From an uncultured Eubacterium sp. (GTDB lineage: Bacteria; Bacillota; Clostridia; Lachnospirales; Lachnospiraceae), in NCBI GenBank assembly GCA_964484225.1, contig CAZAEM010000006.1:9579-73578 (forward strand): a DNA stretch of 64,000 bases, read 5' to 3'. Made by a program: the position numbers and the translations under genes. Shown here piece by piece: positions 8,482 through 17,600 of this stretch. Under the pieces are notes generated by a model. It made no database searches. It was not told the DNA's origin and worked only from the letters and a program-made list of their open reading frames with translations. Position 1 is the stretch's first letter. Each line of letters starts with the position of its first letter.

Positions 8482-9789
8482 CTATTTTACCGCCTTGAAG
8501 GCTTCCTCCAGATCCTCTATGATATCCTCCACATGCTCCGTGCCGATAGACAGGCGGATGGTATTTGGCTTGATCCCTGCTGCCAGCAGCTCCTCCCCGC
8601 TCATCTGGGAGTGGGTGGTGCTGGCCGGGTGGATCACCAGGGACTTCACATCCGCCACGTTGGCAAGCAGGGAGAAGAGTTCCAGGTTGTCGATGAAGTC
8701 TTTGGCCTTCCTGTCGTCTCCCTTGATCTCAAAGGTGAAAATAGAGCCGCCGCCCCGTGGGAAATATTTCTTGTACAATTCCTGCTGCCTGCTGTCCTCC
8801 GACACAGAGGGATGGTGTACGGCCTCCACCTGGGGATGATTTTTCAGATACCTGACTATTTTCAACGCATTCTCCACATGCCGCTCCACACGCAGGGAGA
8901 GAGTCTCCAGACCCTGCAGGAACAGAAAGGCGTGGAAGGGCGACAGGGTCGCCCCCGTGTCCCGGAGGAGGATGGCCCTGATCTTTGTGACAAAGGCAGC
9001 CGGCCCCACGGCCTCCGTGAAACGGATGCCATGATAGCTTGGATTGGGCTCTGTCAGACTGGCAAATTTGCCCGATCCCTCCCAGTCAAACTTCCCGCCG
9101 TCCACGATCACACCGCCGATGGCCGTGCCGTGGCCGCCGATGAACTTGGTAGCGGAGTGGACTACGATATCTGCTCCATACTCGATGGGACGGACCAGAT
9201 AGGGTGTGGCAAAGGTGTTGTCGATGACCAGGGGTATCTTATTCTCATGGGCGATGTCCGCGATGGCCTCGATGTCCACCACGTCAGAATTGGGGTTCCC
9301 CAGGGTCTCAATGAAAACCGCTCTCGTGTTTTCCTGTATCGCGCTCCGAAAGCCCTCCAGATCCTCCGCATCTACAAAGGTGGTTGTAATCCCGTACTGC
9401 GGCAGAGTGTGGTGCAAAAGATTGTATGTACCTCCGTAGATATTGCTCGCCGATACAATATGGCCGCCGGCCTGGGCCAGGTTCCGGAACGTATAGTCCA
9501 GAGCCGCCGCCCCGCTGGCCACCGCCAGGGCCGCCACACCGCCCTCCAGGCTGGCAATCCTCTGCTCAAATACATCCTCCGTGGGATTGGTCAGACGCCC
9601 GTAGATATTGCCGGCATCCGACAGGCCAAATCGTGCCGCGGCGTGGTCGCTGTTGTGGAACACATAGGATGACGTCTGGTAGATGGGCACCGCTCTGGCG
9701 TCCGTCACCGGATCGGCCTGCTCCTGCCCCACATGTAACTGCAATGTCTCAAAGTGCAGATCCCTGTCTTTATATTCTTTTTTGCTCAT
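8482..9789 (-). CDS. metY: O-acetylhomoserine sulfhydrylase / aminocarboxypropyltransferase (PLP-dependent)
   Basis: LHFETLQLHVGQE...PIYQTSSYVF is present, along with the PLP-lysine motif HSATKFIGGHG. I set the start at ATG 9789, 7 nt after GGAGG (9797-9801). Confidence 0.9.
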   Translation of the reverse strand: MSKKEYKDRDLHFETLQLHVGQEQADPVTDARAVPIYQTSSYVFHNSDHAAARFGLSDAGNIYGRLTNPTEDVFEQRIASLEGGVAALAVASGAAALDYTFRNLAQAGGHIVSASNIYGGTYNLLHHTLPQYGITTTFVDAEDLEGFRSAIQENTRAVFIETLGNPNSDVVDIEAIADIAHENKIPLVIDNTFATPYLVRPIEYGADIVVHSATKFIGGHGTAIGGVIVDGGKFDWEGSGKFASLTEPNPSYHGIRFTEAVGPAAFVTKIRAILLRDTGATLSPFHAFLFLQGLETLSLRVERHVENALKIVRYLKNHPQVEAVHHPSVSEDSRQQELYKKYFPRGGGSIFTFEIKGDDRKAKDFIDNLELFSLLANVADVKSLVIHPASTTHSQMSGEELLAAGIKPNTIRLSIGTEHVEDIIEDLEEAFKAVK

Positions 9790-9848
9790 ATTCATACCTC
9801 CATTCTCTACTTTTCCTACTGAATTACTATGTTTTAATTCCTGTCAGC

Positions 9849-9877
9849 ATATTACCATAGTATTCCTAGCGTGTCAA
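9849..9877 (-). promoter_or_regulatory. Sigma-A-type promoter candidate for metY
   Basis: On the minus strand: TTGACA (9877-9872), a 17-nt spacer, then TAATAT (9854-9849). AGGAATA lies in the spacer and AGGAATTA lies just downstream (9842-9835). Confidence 0.5.
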
Positions 9878-9918
9878 TAGGGAAATGGAACAAAAAAAAT
9901 AACAGAGTATGCCCCATT

Positions 9919-10359
9919 TTATATATAGTACTCCCCGTTCCTCCCGATCTGCCAGTCCACCAGGTCAGCCAACGTGATATTGTCCACCACTCCGTTGATG
10001 GCGTCATTCAGCTTGTGCCAGACGATGGATGTGACACACTGTTGCACCTTGGGGCAGTGCGTGATCTCCTCGTCTACACAGTCCACCGGGGCCAGACTCC
10101 CCTCCGTCAGGCGCAGGATCATCCCCACCGTGTACTCCTCCGGCTTCCTTGTCAGGAGATAACCCCCCTGGGGGCCGCGTATGCTCCGGACAAAACGGGC
10201 CTTGTTCAGAACCGAGATGATCTGCTCCAGATACTTGTCCGAAATGCCCTGGCGGGCTGCGATCTCCTTGATCCTCACCGGTTTCTCCGCATCGTTCAAC
10301 GCCAGATCCAGCATCATTCGCAGAGCATACCTTCCCTTTGTTGAAATCTTCACTCTCAT
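9919..10359 (-). CDS. Rrf2-family transcriptional regulator (CymR/IscR-like)
   Basis: MRVKISTKGRYALRMMLDLAL is the Rrf2 wHTH N-terminus. I favour a start at 10359 because a TTGACG-N17-TAAAAT promoter (10409-10381) would place the transcription start downstream of the track start at 10377. Confidence 0.8.
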   Translation of the reverse strand: MRVKISTKGRYALRMMLDLALNDAEKPVRIKEIAARQGISDKYLEQIISVLNKARFVRSIRGPQGGYLLTRKPEEYTVGMILRLTEGSLAPVDCVDEEITHCPKVQQCVTSIVWHKLNDAINGVVDNITLADLVDWQIGRNGEYYI

Positions 10360-10473
10360 CACCTCCATTTCCTGCAAGCTATTTTACATGATAAACGTTC
10401 TCCCGTCAACTGCCGGAGTCAGGACAGATCCTTAGCCGGCTGGACACACGCACTGTCCACAGCCCTTTGCCAG

Positions 10474-10522
10474 AAAAAAAAAGGCCCCCGATCCCCACAT
10501 GACAGTGAAGATCGGGAAGCCC
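10474..10522 (-). terminator. Intrinsic terminator downstream of the Amt-PII gene
   Basis: The minus-strand RNA forms CCCGAUC...GAUCGGG (7 bp, extended by flanking G/C and G-U pairs). A run of 9 U follows (A-run at 10474-10482 on the plus strand). Confidence 0.75.
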
Positions 10523-10541
10523 TGTATCATAAACTGCTTTC

Positions 10542-12305
10542 TCAGTCGTCCTGCAGCGCTTCAAACCCGGTCTCTCCGGTTCTGACTTTGATGACGTCCT
10601 GAACACCGTACACAAATATCTTACCGTCTCCGATATGCCCGGTGTAGAGAGCCTGTTTCGCTGCCTCCACTACTTTCTCAACCGGCACCGCACTGACTAC
10701 AACCTCCACCTTCGTCTTAGGCAGCAGAGTGAAGTCCATGGGAACCCCGCGGTAATACTCGGCCTTTCCCTTCTGGGCACCACAGCCCAGCACGGTCGTC
10801 ACTGTGATACCGTTGACACCGATGGCGGACAATGCCTCTTTCAGATCCTCGAACTTGCTCTGCTTTGCAATGATGGAAATCTTGGTCAGACCGGCGCTGT
10901 CCTCCACCGCCTTCTTCGGTTTCGAGACAGGTACCGAAGCCACCTGAACCGCTTTCTCCATGGGAACCGCCCCCATAGCCTCTCCATCCGGGATCATGCT
11001 TCCCGTAGAGTAGAACCGGCTGCCTGCCGGCATGAAATCGGCATAAGCACTGGGCAGGCCATGCTCCGTGGCATCCAGTCCCTCGATCTCCTCCTCAGGC
11101 GTGACACGCAGTCCGAAAATAGCCTTTATGGCGAAGAACACGATGGTCATGGTAAGAGCCGCCCAGGCAGCCACAGAGATAAAGCCCAGGAACTGAAGTC
11201 CCAGAAGTTCGAAACCTCCGCCGTAGAACAAACCGGAGATCGTCTCCCCCGCCGCATTCTGCAGTCCATATCCCGGAGCGGACTCCGTGGCAAAGAGACC
11301 TACTGCCAGCGTACCCCAGATACCATTCATACAGTGGACAGCCACGGCGCCCACCGGGTCATCGATATGTAATTTGTAATCCAGAAGCCATACGCCGAAT
11401 ACCACCAGAAGTCCCGCTACCACACCGATGATGACAGCGCCCAGGGCATCCGTCACATCACAGGGGGCGGTGATAGCCACCAGACCGGCCAGGGACGCGT
11501 TCAGACACATAGACACATCCGGCTTGCCGTATTTCAGCCAGGTGAATATCATACAGGTGACCGTGGCCAGGGCCGGCGCGATGGTTGTGGTCACAAAGAT
11601 GGACGCCAGCTGGTCTACGCTGGTGGCCGCCGCCCCATTGAACCCGTACCAGCCAAGCCAGAGGATGAACACACCCAGAGCGCCGATCGCCACATTGTGG
11701 CCGGGGAAGGCGTTGACCTTCTTCACCTTGCCGTTGTCGTCATAGTTGAATTTCCCGATGCGGGGCCCGAGGATCTTGGCACCTACCAGCGCGGCTATAC
11801 CGCCCACCATATGGATGGCACAGGAACCGGCGAAGTCGTGGAATCCCAACTGGGACAGCCATCCTCCTCCCCAGATCCAGTGTGCCTCGATGGGGTAGAT
11901 CAAAGCCGAGATAACCGCCGAATACACACAGTAGGAAAGGAATTTGGTCCGCTCTGCCATGGCGCCGGACACGATGGTCGCCGTGGTGGCACAGAATACC
12001 AGGTTGAACACGAACCCGGACCAGTCAAAATCCTGATAGCTGGTCAGAATATCAAATCCCGGCTTTCCGATGAATCCCAACAGGTCCTCACCCATCAGCA
12101 GACTGAAACCGATCAAAATGAACGTGACCGTTCCGATACAGAAGTCCATCAGGTTCTTCATAATGATATTGCCGGTGTTCTTGGCCCTGGTAAAACCGGC
12201 CTCCACCATGGCAAATCCGGCCTGCATCCAGAACACCAGCGCAGCGCCGATCAGGAACCAGATGGCAAACATCTGATCGTTTACAGTAGATAAAAGTTCT
12301 TCCAT
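10542..12305 (-). CDS. Ammonium transporter (Amt family) fused to a C-terminal PII (GlnK/GlnB-like) signalling domain
   Basis: The Amt core reads FAIWFLIGAALVFWMQAGFAMVEAG...AGSCAIHMVGG...AVHCMNGIWG. After a linker of about 60 aa comes a full PII fold, KISIIAKQSKFEDLKEALSAIGVNGITVTTVLGCGAQKGKAEYYRGVPMDFTLLPKTKVEVVV...GDGKIFVYGVQDVIKVRTGE. I set the start at ATG 12305 (MEELLSTV), 7 nt after GGAGG. Confidence 0.9.
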   Translation of the reverse strand: MEELLSTVNDQMFAIWFLIGAALVFWMQAGFAMVEAGFTRAKNTGNIIMKNLMDFCIGTVTFILIGFSLLMGEDLLGFIGKPGFDILTSYQDFDWSGFVFNLVFCATTATIVSGAMAERTKFLSYCVYSAVISALIYPIEAHWIWGGGWLSQLGFHDFAGSCAIHMVGGIAALVGAKILGPRIGKFNYDDNGKVKKVNAFPGHNVAIGALGVFILWLGWYGFNGAAATSVDQLASIFVTTTIAPALATVTCMIFTWLKYGKPDVSMCLNASLAGLVAITAPCDVTDALGAVIIGVVAGLLVVFGVWLLDYKLHIDDPVGAVAVHCMNGIWGTLAVGLFATESAPGYGLQNAAGETISGLFYGGGFELLGLQFLGFISVAAWAALTMTIVFFAIKAIFGLRVTPEEEIEGLDATEHGLPSAYADFMPAGSRFYSTGSMIPDGEAMGAVPMEKAVQVASVPVSKPKKAVEDSAGLTKISIIAKQSKFEDLKEALSAIGVNGITVTTVLGCGAQKGKAEYYRGVPMDFTLLPKTKVEVVVSAVPVEKVVEAAKQALYTGHIGDGKIFVYGVQDVIKVRTGETGFEALQDD

Positions 12306-12341
12306 AATAACACCTCCAGATATATTTGGAAACATTGACAA

Positions 12342-12376
12342 TAAAAAAAGTGCCAGAGAACTCTCGTTCCTGACAC
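12342..12376 (-). promoter_or_regulatory. Terminator-like hairpin plus U-tract inside the 5' leader of the Amt-PII gene (candidate transcription attenuator)
   Basis: The minus-strand RNA is GUGUCAGGAAC-GAGA-GUUCuCUGGCAC followed by UUUUUUUAUU. That is 7+4 bp with a 1-nt bulge and a GAGA tetraloop, ending about 35 nt upstream of the start codon. Confidence 0.55.
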
Positions 12377-12430
12377 CTTTGTCGTCTACGAGTGCCATTA
12401 TAGTTTGGAATAAAAAAAAAGTCAATCCCC

Positions 12431-12458
12431 ATTTTACAATTTTGTGAATATTCTTCAA
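12431..12458 (-). promoter_or_regulatory. Sigma-A-type promoter candidate for the Amt-PII leader
   Basis: On the minus strand: TTGAAG (12458-12453), a 16-nt spacer, then TAAAAT (12436-12431). Confidence 0.4.
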
Positions 12459-12511
12459 ATTTTCATAAAAATATGATACAATATTCAGCATAATGCAAAC
12501 AGGAGGCAGTT

Positions 12512-13303
12512 ATGGCGATCAATCTGAACGGAAAAAAGACTTCTCTGGACGAGAAAGCGTCCATATATGAAAAAAGACAGGAAAATCTCACAGAAAAAGA
12601 AAAGTGGAAAAACATGGACGGGAAACAGAGACGGGCCTATTTCACCACATACTACCTGCCAAAACTGGCCGTTATCTGTGTGATACTGGCCGTCGCCGGA
12701 TATATTATATGGATGGACTTTATCCGCAGATCCGACATATATTTCCACTGCGCCGTGCTGAACGACAGCATCATGGACGAGAGCTTCGAGGAGCTGAGCG
12801 ACACCATGACGGAATCCTTCGGCATGGATCCCGACAAAAATAAAGCGTCCTTCTACGTATACTACACACAGAATATGCGGACCGGACAGACCGGCGTAAA
12901 GTCCGCCGGGGATCTGAGTGAACTGTCCAGCCGGATCGCCACCGGGGTCATGGACGCAGTCATCGCCGACAGCGAGACAGCCGGAAGCTATCTGGACAGC
13001 GGCGTTTGCATGAAACTGACCGACTTTCTCACCGGAGAGGAACAGGAAAAGCTGAAGGACGTCCTCTATGAGACCTCCACGGCAAAGGACGGCAGCCCGG
13101 CCGCCTACGGCATCTCGCTGGAGAAAAGCTCCGTCTATCAGTCACTTTACAAGGGAAATGCCCCCTTCGTAGAGAAGCCCATCCTGTTTGTCATCACAAA
13201 CTCTGAGGAAGAACACCGGGAGTATGTTCACCGGGTGATACACTACCTCTTTCCGGACCGTTTCCCCCGGGACAGCGAACAGGAGGGGGAATCCGTCAAA
13301 TGA
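12512..13303 (+). CDS. Single-pass membrane protein of unknown function
   Basis: A Lys/Glu-rich cytoplasmic N-terminus is followed by one TM helix (YYLPKLAVICVILAVAGYIIW) and an extracytoplasmic domain of about 190 aa. I recognise no motif. Confidence 0.6.
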   Translation: MAINLNGKKTSLDEKASIYEKRQENLTEKEKWKNMDGKQRRAYFTTYYLPKLAVICVILAVAGYIIWMDFIRRSDIYFHCAVLNDSIMDESFEELSDTMTESFGMDPDKNKASFYVYYTQNMRTGQTGVKSAGDLSELSSRIATGVMDAVIADSETAGSYLDSGVCMKLTDFLTGEEQEKLKDVLYETSTAKDGSPAAYGISLEKSSVYQSLYKGNAPFVEKPILFVITNSEEEHREYVHRVIHYLFPDRFPRDSEQEGESVK

Positions 13304-13322
13304 CAGGCCCGGGGGATCCCGG

Positions 13323-14090
13323 TCAGGATTTCCGCCTGGATACCACCACAAAACGGCCATCCTCCACATGGTAGGCGCAGGTCACCATGGTCAGCAGCTG
13401 CTCACCGTACACCGGCGTGATCCCGGTGTCATACTGGGACCGCTTTTTCACATTTTCCACATAATAATTGAACTGTTTTTCCGACATGTGGCCGGGATAC
13501 TGATAATATTTGAACACATCGTCATCGCTGTCATAGATCTGGGAATAAAACGCGGCCACCACCTCATACTCCCTCTCCTCATACAGCGTATCAAAGGAAA
13601 TCATCTTGTGTTTCTTATAGAAATCCTCGGAATCATAGTCCACCAGATGTCCGAACATCATGCCGCTCTTCATATGATGGCCGTACAGCATCAGATTGCC
13701 CTCCGCGTCATCCACGTCGCTCTTGGCGTCGAGAAACAGAAGACCGTTCACATCCTCCTCCTTCTTGAAATTCCTGTGAAGATAATATTCGGGATCGTCC
13801 TTCGTCTGCATCACCGGGTAGTCAATGGGCGTATCCTTCACCTTCACCCAGCCGATGAGATCATTATTTTTCTTGTAGAGCTTGCGGTATTTTTTCAGGA
13901 TCGTCCCCCGGTCCGTTTTGACTTCCTCCGTCTCCTCTTCCTCGCTCTCCACCTTCATCTTCTGGAGCTCCCCCAGCTCTTCCTCCGCATTTTTATTCCC
14001 CAGATAATAGCGGAGCAGATACAATCCGCACCCCAGGAAGATCAGGATAAACACAGCGATAAGGATGTTCGTGATCCACTTCTTTTTCAT
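13323..14090 (-). CDS. srtB: Class B sortase
   Basis: It has an N-terminal TM anchor, NNDLIGWVKVKDTPIDYPVMQ, a catalytic His region LMLYGHHMKSG, a TLxTC-type motif LLTMVTCAY, and a C-terminal Arg (VVVSRR). Confidence 0.85.
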   Translation of the reverse strand: MKKKWITNILIAVFILIFLGCGLYLLRYYLGNKNAEEELGELQKMKVESEEEETEEVKTDRGTILKKYRKLYKKNNDLIGWVKVKDTPIDYPVMQTKDDPEYYLHRNFKKEEDVNGLLFLDAKSDVDDAEGNLMLYGHHMKSGMMFGHLVDYDSEDFYKKHKMISFDTLYEEREYEVVAAFYSQIYDSDDDVFKYYQYPGHMSEKQFNYYVENVKKRSQYDTGITPVYGEQLLTMVTCAYHVEDGRFVVVSRRKS

Positions 14091-14122
14091 AATCTTACCC
14101 CCCTCTTTGCAAAGAAACTATA

Positions 14123-14584
14123 CTAAAAATCCAGCCGCATAGGCGTAAACCGGATCCCGTCCCTTTTCTGCTCCCCTCCCAGCGCCCTGAAACCCATCCT
14201 CCGGTAGGCCTCCACCGCATAGGGGGAGGCGTTCACCGTCACCGCCGGGATCTTCGGTTTGCTGTCTCTGACGAAATCCACCGCCACATTTACCAGTCTC
14301 CCGGCGATCCCCAGCCGGTGAAACTTTTCCCGCACAAAAAGCAGACTGATATGCTGGCCGTACCGGACTGCGATCACCCCCACCAGATAGTTGTTCTGAT
14401 AACACCCCCAGAAATTCATTTCACCCTGATCGACCTTTTCCACCATGCTGCTGTAAGTAATAAAATGACGAAAAACCTGTACCCCCATCTCCTCATAGTC
14501 CGGCACCTCATATTTCTGAAACACTTCCCAGACCAGATCCAGCGCCTCGTGCAGCCGGTCCGGGCCTATTTTGCATATCTGCAT
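14123..14584 (-). CDS. GNAT-family N-acetyltransferase
   Basis: The acetyl-CoA binding region is LFVREKFHRLGIAGRLVN (R/Q-x-x-G-x-G/A type). The start is uncertain: ATG 14584, or TTG 14602 as in the ORF track. Confidence 0.75.
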   Translation of the reverse strand: MQICKIGPDRLHEALDLVWEVFQKYEVPDYEEMGVQVFRHFITYSSMVEKVDQGEMNFWGCYQNNYLVGVIAVRYGQHISLLFVREKFHRLGIAGRLVNVAVDFVRDSKPKIPAVTVNASPYAVEAYRRMGFRALGGEQKRDGIRFTPMRLDF

Positions 14585-14697
14585 GTCATCACCCTGCTTC
14601 AATCCAATCCTTCTTACAAGTATAAAGAAAATTATTTACACTGTCAAATTTTTTTGCTATTCTTGTAAGTAATCACAAATGGATCAAGGAGGAAGAT

Positions 14698-17600
14698 ATG
14701 AGACAGTTATTCAATGACAATTGGTATTTCCACAAAGCTCCCTTAGACACCCCCATAGAGCATTTCTACCGGGCAGAGGACTGGCAGCCGGTGGATGTGC
14801 CCCACGACTGGATGATCTACAACAGCGAAGACCTGTATGAGCAGGCCGTCAGCTGTTACAAAAAGACATTTACCGTAGAAGACCTGGGCACTGACCGGCT
14901 GGCAATCCTCTTTGAGGGCGTCTATATGGACAACAGGATTTATCTGAACGGAGAGGAAATCTTTGTCTGGAAGTACGGATACTCCCAGTTTGAGATCGAC
15001 CTGACCGACCTGGTCCGTCCCGGCGAGAACACCATATGGGTGACAAATGTATACCGGCTTCCCAACAGCCGCTGGTATCCCGGTTCCGGGATCTACCGCA
15101 GCGTATGGCTGATCCGCCGCCCCGCTGTCTTCCTCCCCACGGACAGCTCCTATCTCTCCACGGAAAACAGCGGGGGAGACTGGACCCTGTACGCGGATTT
15201 CGAGATCCAAAACTCCACAGACACTCCGGTGGACGTGACGCTGCGCCACCGCATCCTGGATGAGACGGACACGGAAGTTCTCGTGCAGGAGGAGACGATC
15301 CGGGCCGGTGAGGGACTCACCGTCAGCAGACAGACCATGTCCTTTTGCCAGCCGGCTCTCTGGGATATCGAATCCCCGAATCTGTACCGCATCCGGACGG
15401 AGCTGATACAGGACGGCTGCCCCACCCAGACAGAGGAACAGCATTTCGGGTTCCGGGAAATCCGGTTTGATCCAAATAAAGGCTTCTTCCTGAACGGAAG
15501 ACATGTAAAAATAAACGGCTCCTGTGAACACCACACCCTGGGCGCCCTGGGCGCCGCCATAAACCGGGAAGCTCTGCGGCGCCAGCTGACCACCCTGCAG
15601 AAAATGGGGGTGAACTCCGTGCGCAGCGCGCACAACATGCCCTCTGTAGAGCTGATGGAGTTGTGCGATGAGATGGGGCTGCTTCTCTACAGTGAGAGCT
15701 TCGACATGTGGGAGAGCTGCAAGACCGACTATGACTACGGCAATTATTTTAATGACTGGTGGGAGCGGGATCTGACCAGCTGGGTGCGCCAGGGCAGAAA
15801 TCACCCCAGCCTTATCATCTGGGGCATCGGAAATGAGATTCACGATACCAACCGGGAGCGGGGACCGGAGCTCACCCGCATGCTGAGGGATGCGGTGAAA
15901 AGGCTGGATCCCCGGGGAAATGCCGTCGTCGGCATGGGCTCCAATGTGATGGACGGGGAGGGGGCTCAGAAATGTGCCGCCGAGGTGGACATCGCCGGGT
16001 ACAACTACATGGACCGCCTCTACGACGAACACCACAGGAAATACCCCGGATGGTGCATCTTCGGAAGCGAGACCGCCTCCACCCTGCAGAGCCGCGGGAT
16101 CTACCACTTTCCCCTCCGGAATCGTCTCCTGACCTGTGACGACGGCCAGTGCTCCTCCCTGGGGAACTGCACCACCAACTGGGGAGCGAAAGACACCGCC
16201 GCCGCGATCACCGCCCACAGGGACCGGGATTTCATCTTCGGCCAGTACATATGGTCCGGCTGGGATTACATAGGGGAGCCCACGCCCTACTTCACCAAAA
16301 ATTCCTTTTTCGGGCAGGTCGACACCGCCGGTTTCCCGAAAGACAGCTACTATCACTATCAGGCGGAGTGGACGGATTACCGCAAAAATCCCATGGTCCA
16401 TCTCCTGCCCTACTGGGATTTCAACGAAGGGCAGCTCATTGATGTGAGGGTGTATTCCAACGCACCGAAGGTGGAACTCTTCTTCAACGACAGATCCATG
16501 GGAGCACAGTTCATAGACCATGCCCGGGATACCGAACTGGCAGGTGACTGGCAGCTTCCCTATCAAAAGGGCGTGTTGAAAGCCCTGGCCTACGATGAGA
16601 ACGACAATGTGATCGCCACAGACGTCCAGTCCTCTTTCGGCGATCCGTTCTCCGTATCCCTAAAGACAGACCGGGATTCCCTGCGGGCCGACGGCGAGGA
16701 TCTGCTCTTTGTGGAGATCAACACCCTGGACAGGGATGGGATTTTCGTGGCCAACAGCCGCAGCCGTATGCAGGTGAAGGTCTCCGGCGCCGGCCGCCTC
16801 GTCGGGCTGGACAACGGCGACAGCACGGACTACGAGCCATACAAGGGCACCAGCCGCAAACTGTTCAGCGGGCGCCTCCTGGCTATCGTGGCCGCCAGAA
16901 CAGAGCCCGGAGACGTGGTGATCGAGGTCTCCTCCCCCGGTCTCACCCCCGCCCGTCTCACAGTCCCCGCTGTGAAGTCCCCTGTGCGGCAGCATATTTC
17001 CTGCCACGAAGAGAATCCGGTAACCGGTCTGGACAGAGCGGATGAGATCCCTGTGCGCAAGATCGAACTGGTCAACAGCGGCGTAAGCCATCTGGACGAA
17101 ACCCATCCGGAAACCACGGTCACCGCAAAGATACTGCCGGAGAATGCCACCTACCGGGATCTGCATTTCAAGGCTGTGACGAAGGACGGAGTGGAGAGCA
17201 ACAGCGTCAAAATCGAAACCGACGGCGACACGGCCCGCATCCGGGCTGTGGGGGACGGCAGCTTCCGCCTGTGCTGCTCCTGCGGGAACGGCCAGACCGA
17301 GCTGTCCGAGATCCTGTCCGAGCTGGAATTTGAGGTGAACGGAATGGGGCCTGCCAGCCTGGATCCCTACAAAATGGTGAACGGGATCAACCACAGCGGC
17401 TGCACCAGCGAAGCCAAGCTGAGTTTCTTAGGCGGCATTTACATCACCTCAGGTGATCGCACAAGATTCCTCTTTGACAATGTGGATTTCGGCGAATTTG
17501 GTTCCGATGAGATCCACATCCCCATCTTCTCCTTCGAAGATGAGTTCCCCATCGAAATCTGGCTGGGCGACTCGGAAGACGGCGGCAGAATGCTGATAAA

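Noticed and set aside
9796-9918. S-box (SAM) riboswitch upstream of metY
   Set aside because: The leader between the promoter candidate and the start codon is about 50 nt. This is far too short, and the conserved S-box helices are absent.
14743-16566. 607-aa minus-strand ORF inside the GH2 gene
   Set aside because: It is antisense to a gene with clear GH2 motifs. Its composition is G/P/V/A/H-rich and low in complexity, typical of a shadow ORF in GC-rich coding DNA. It has no RBS and no recognisable motifs.
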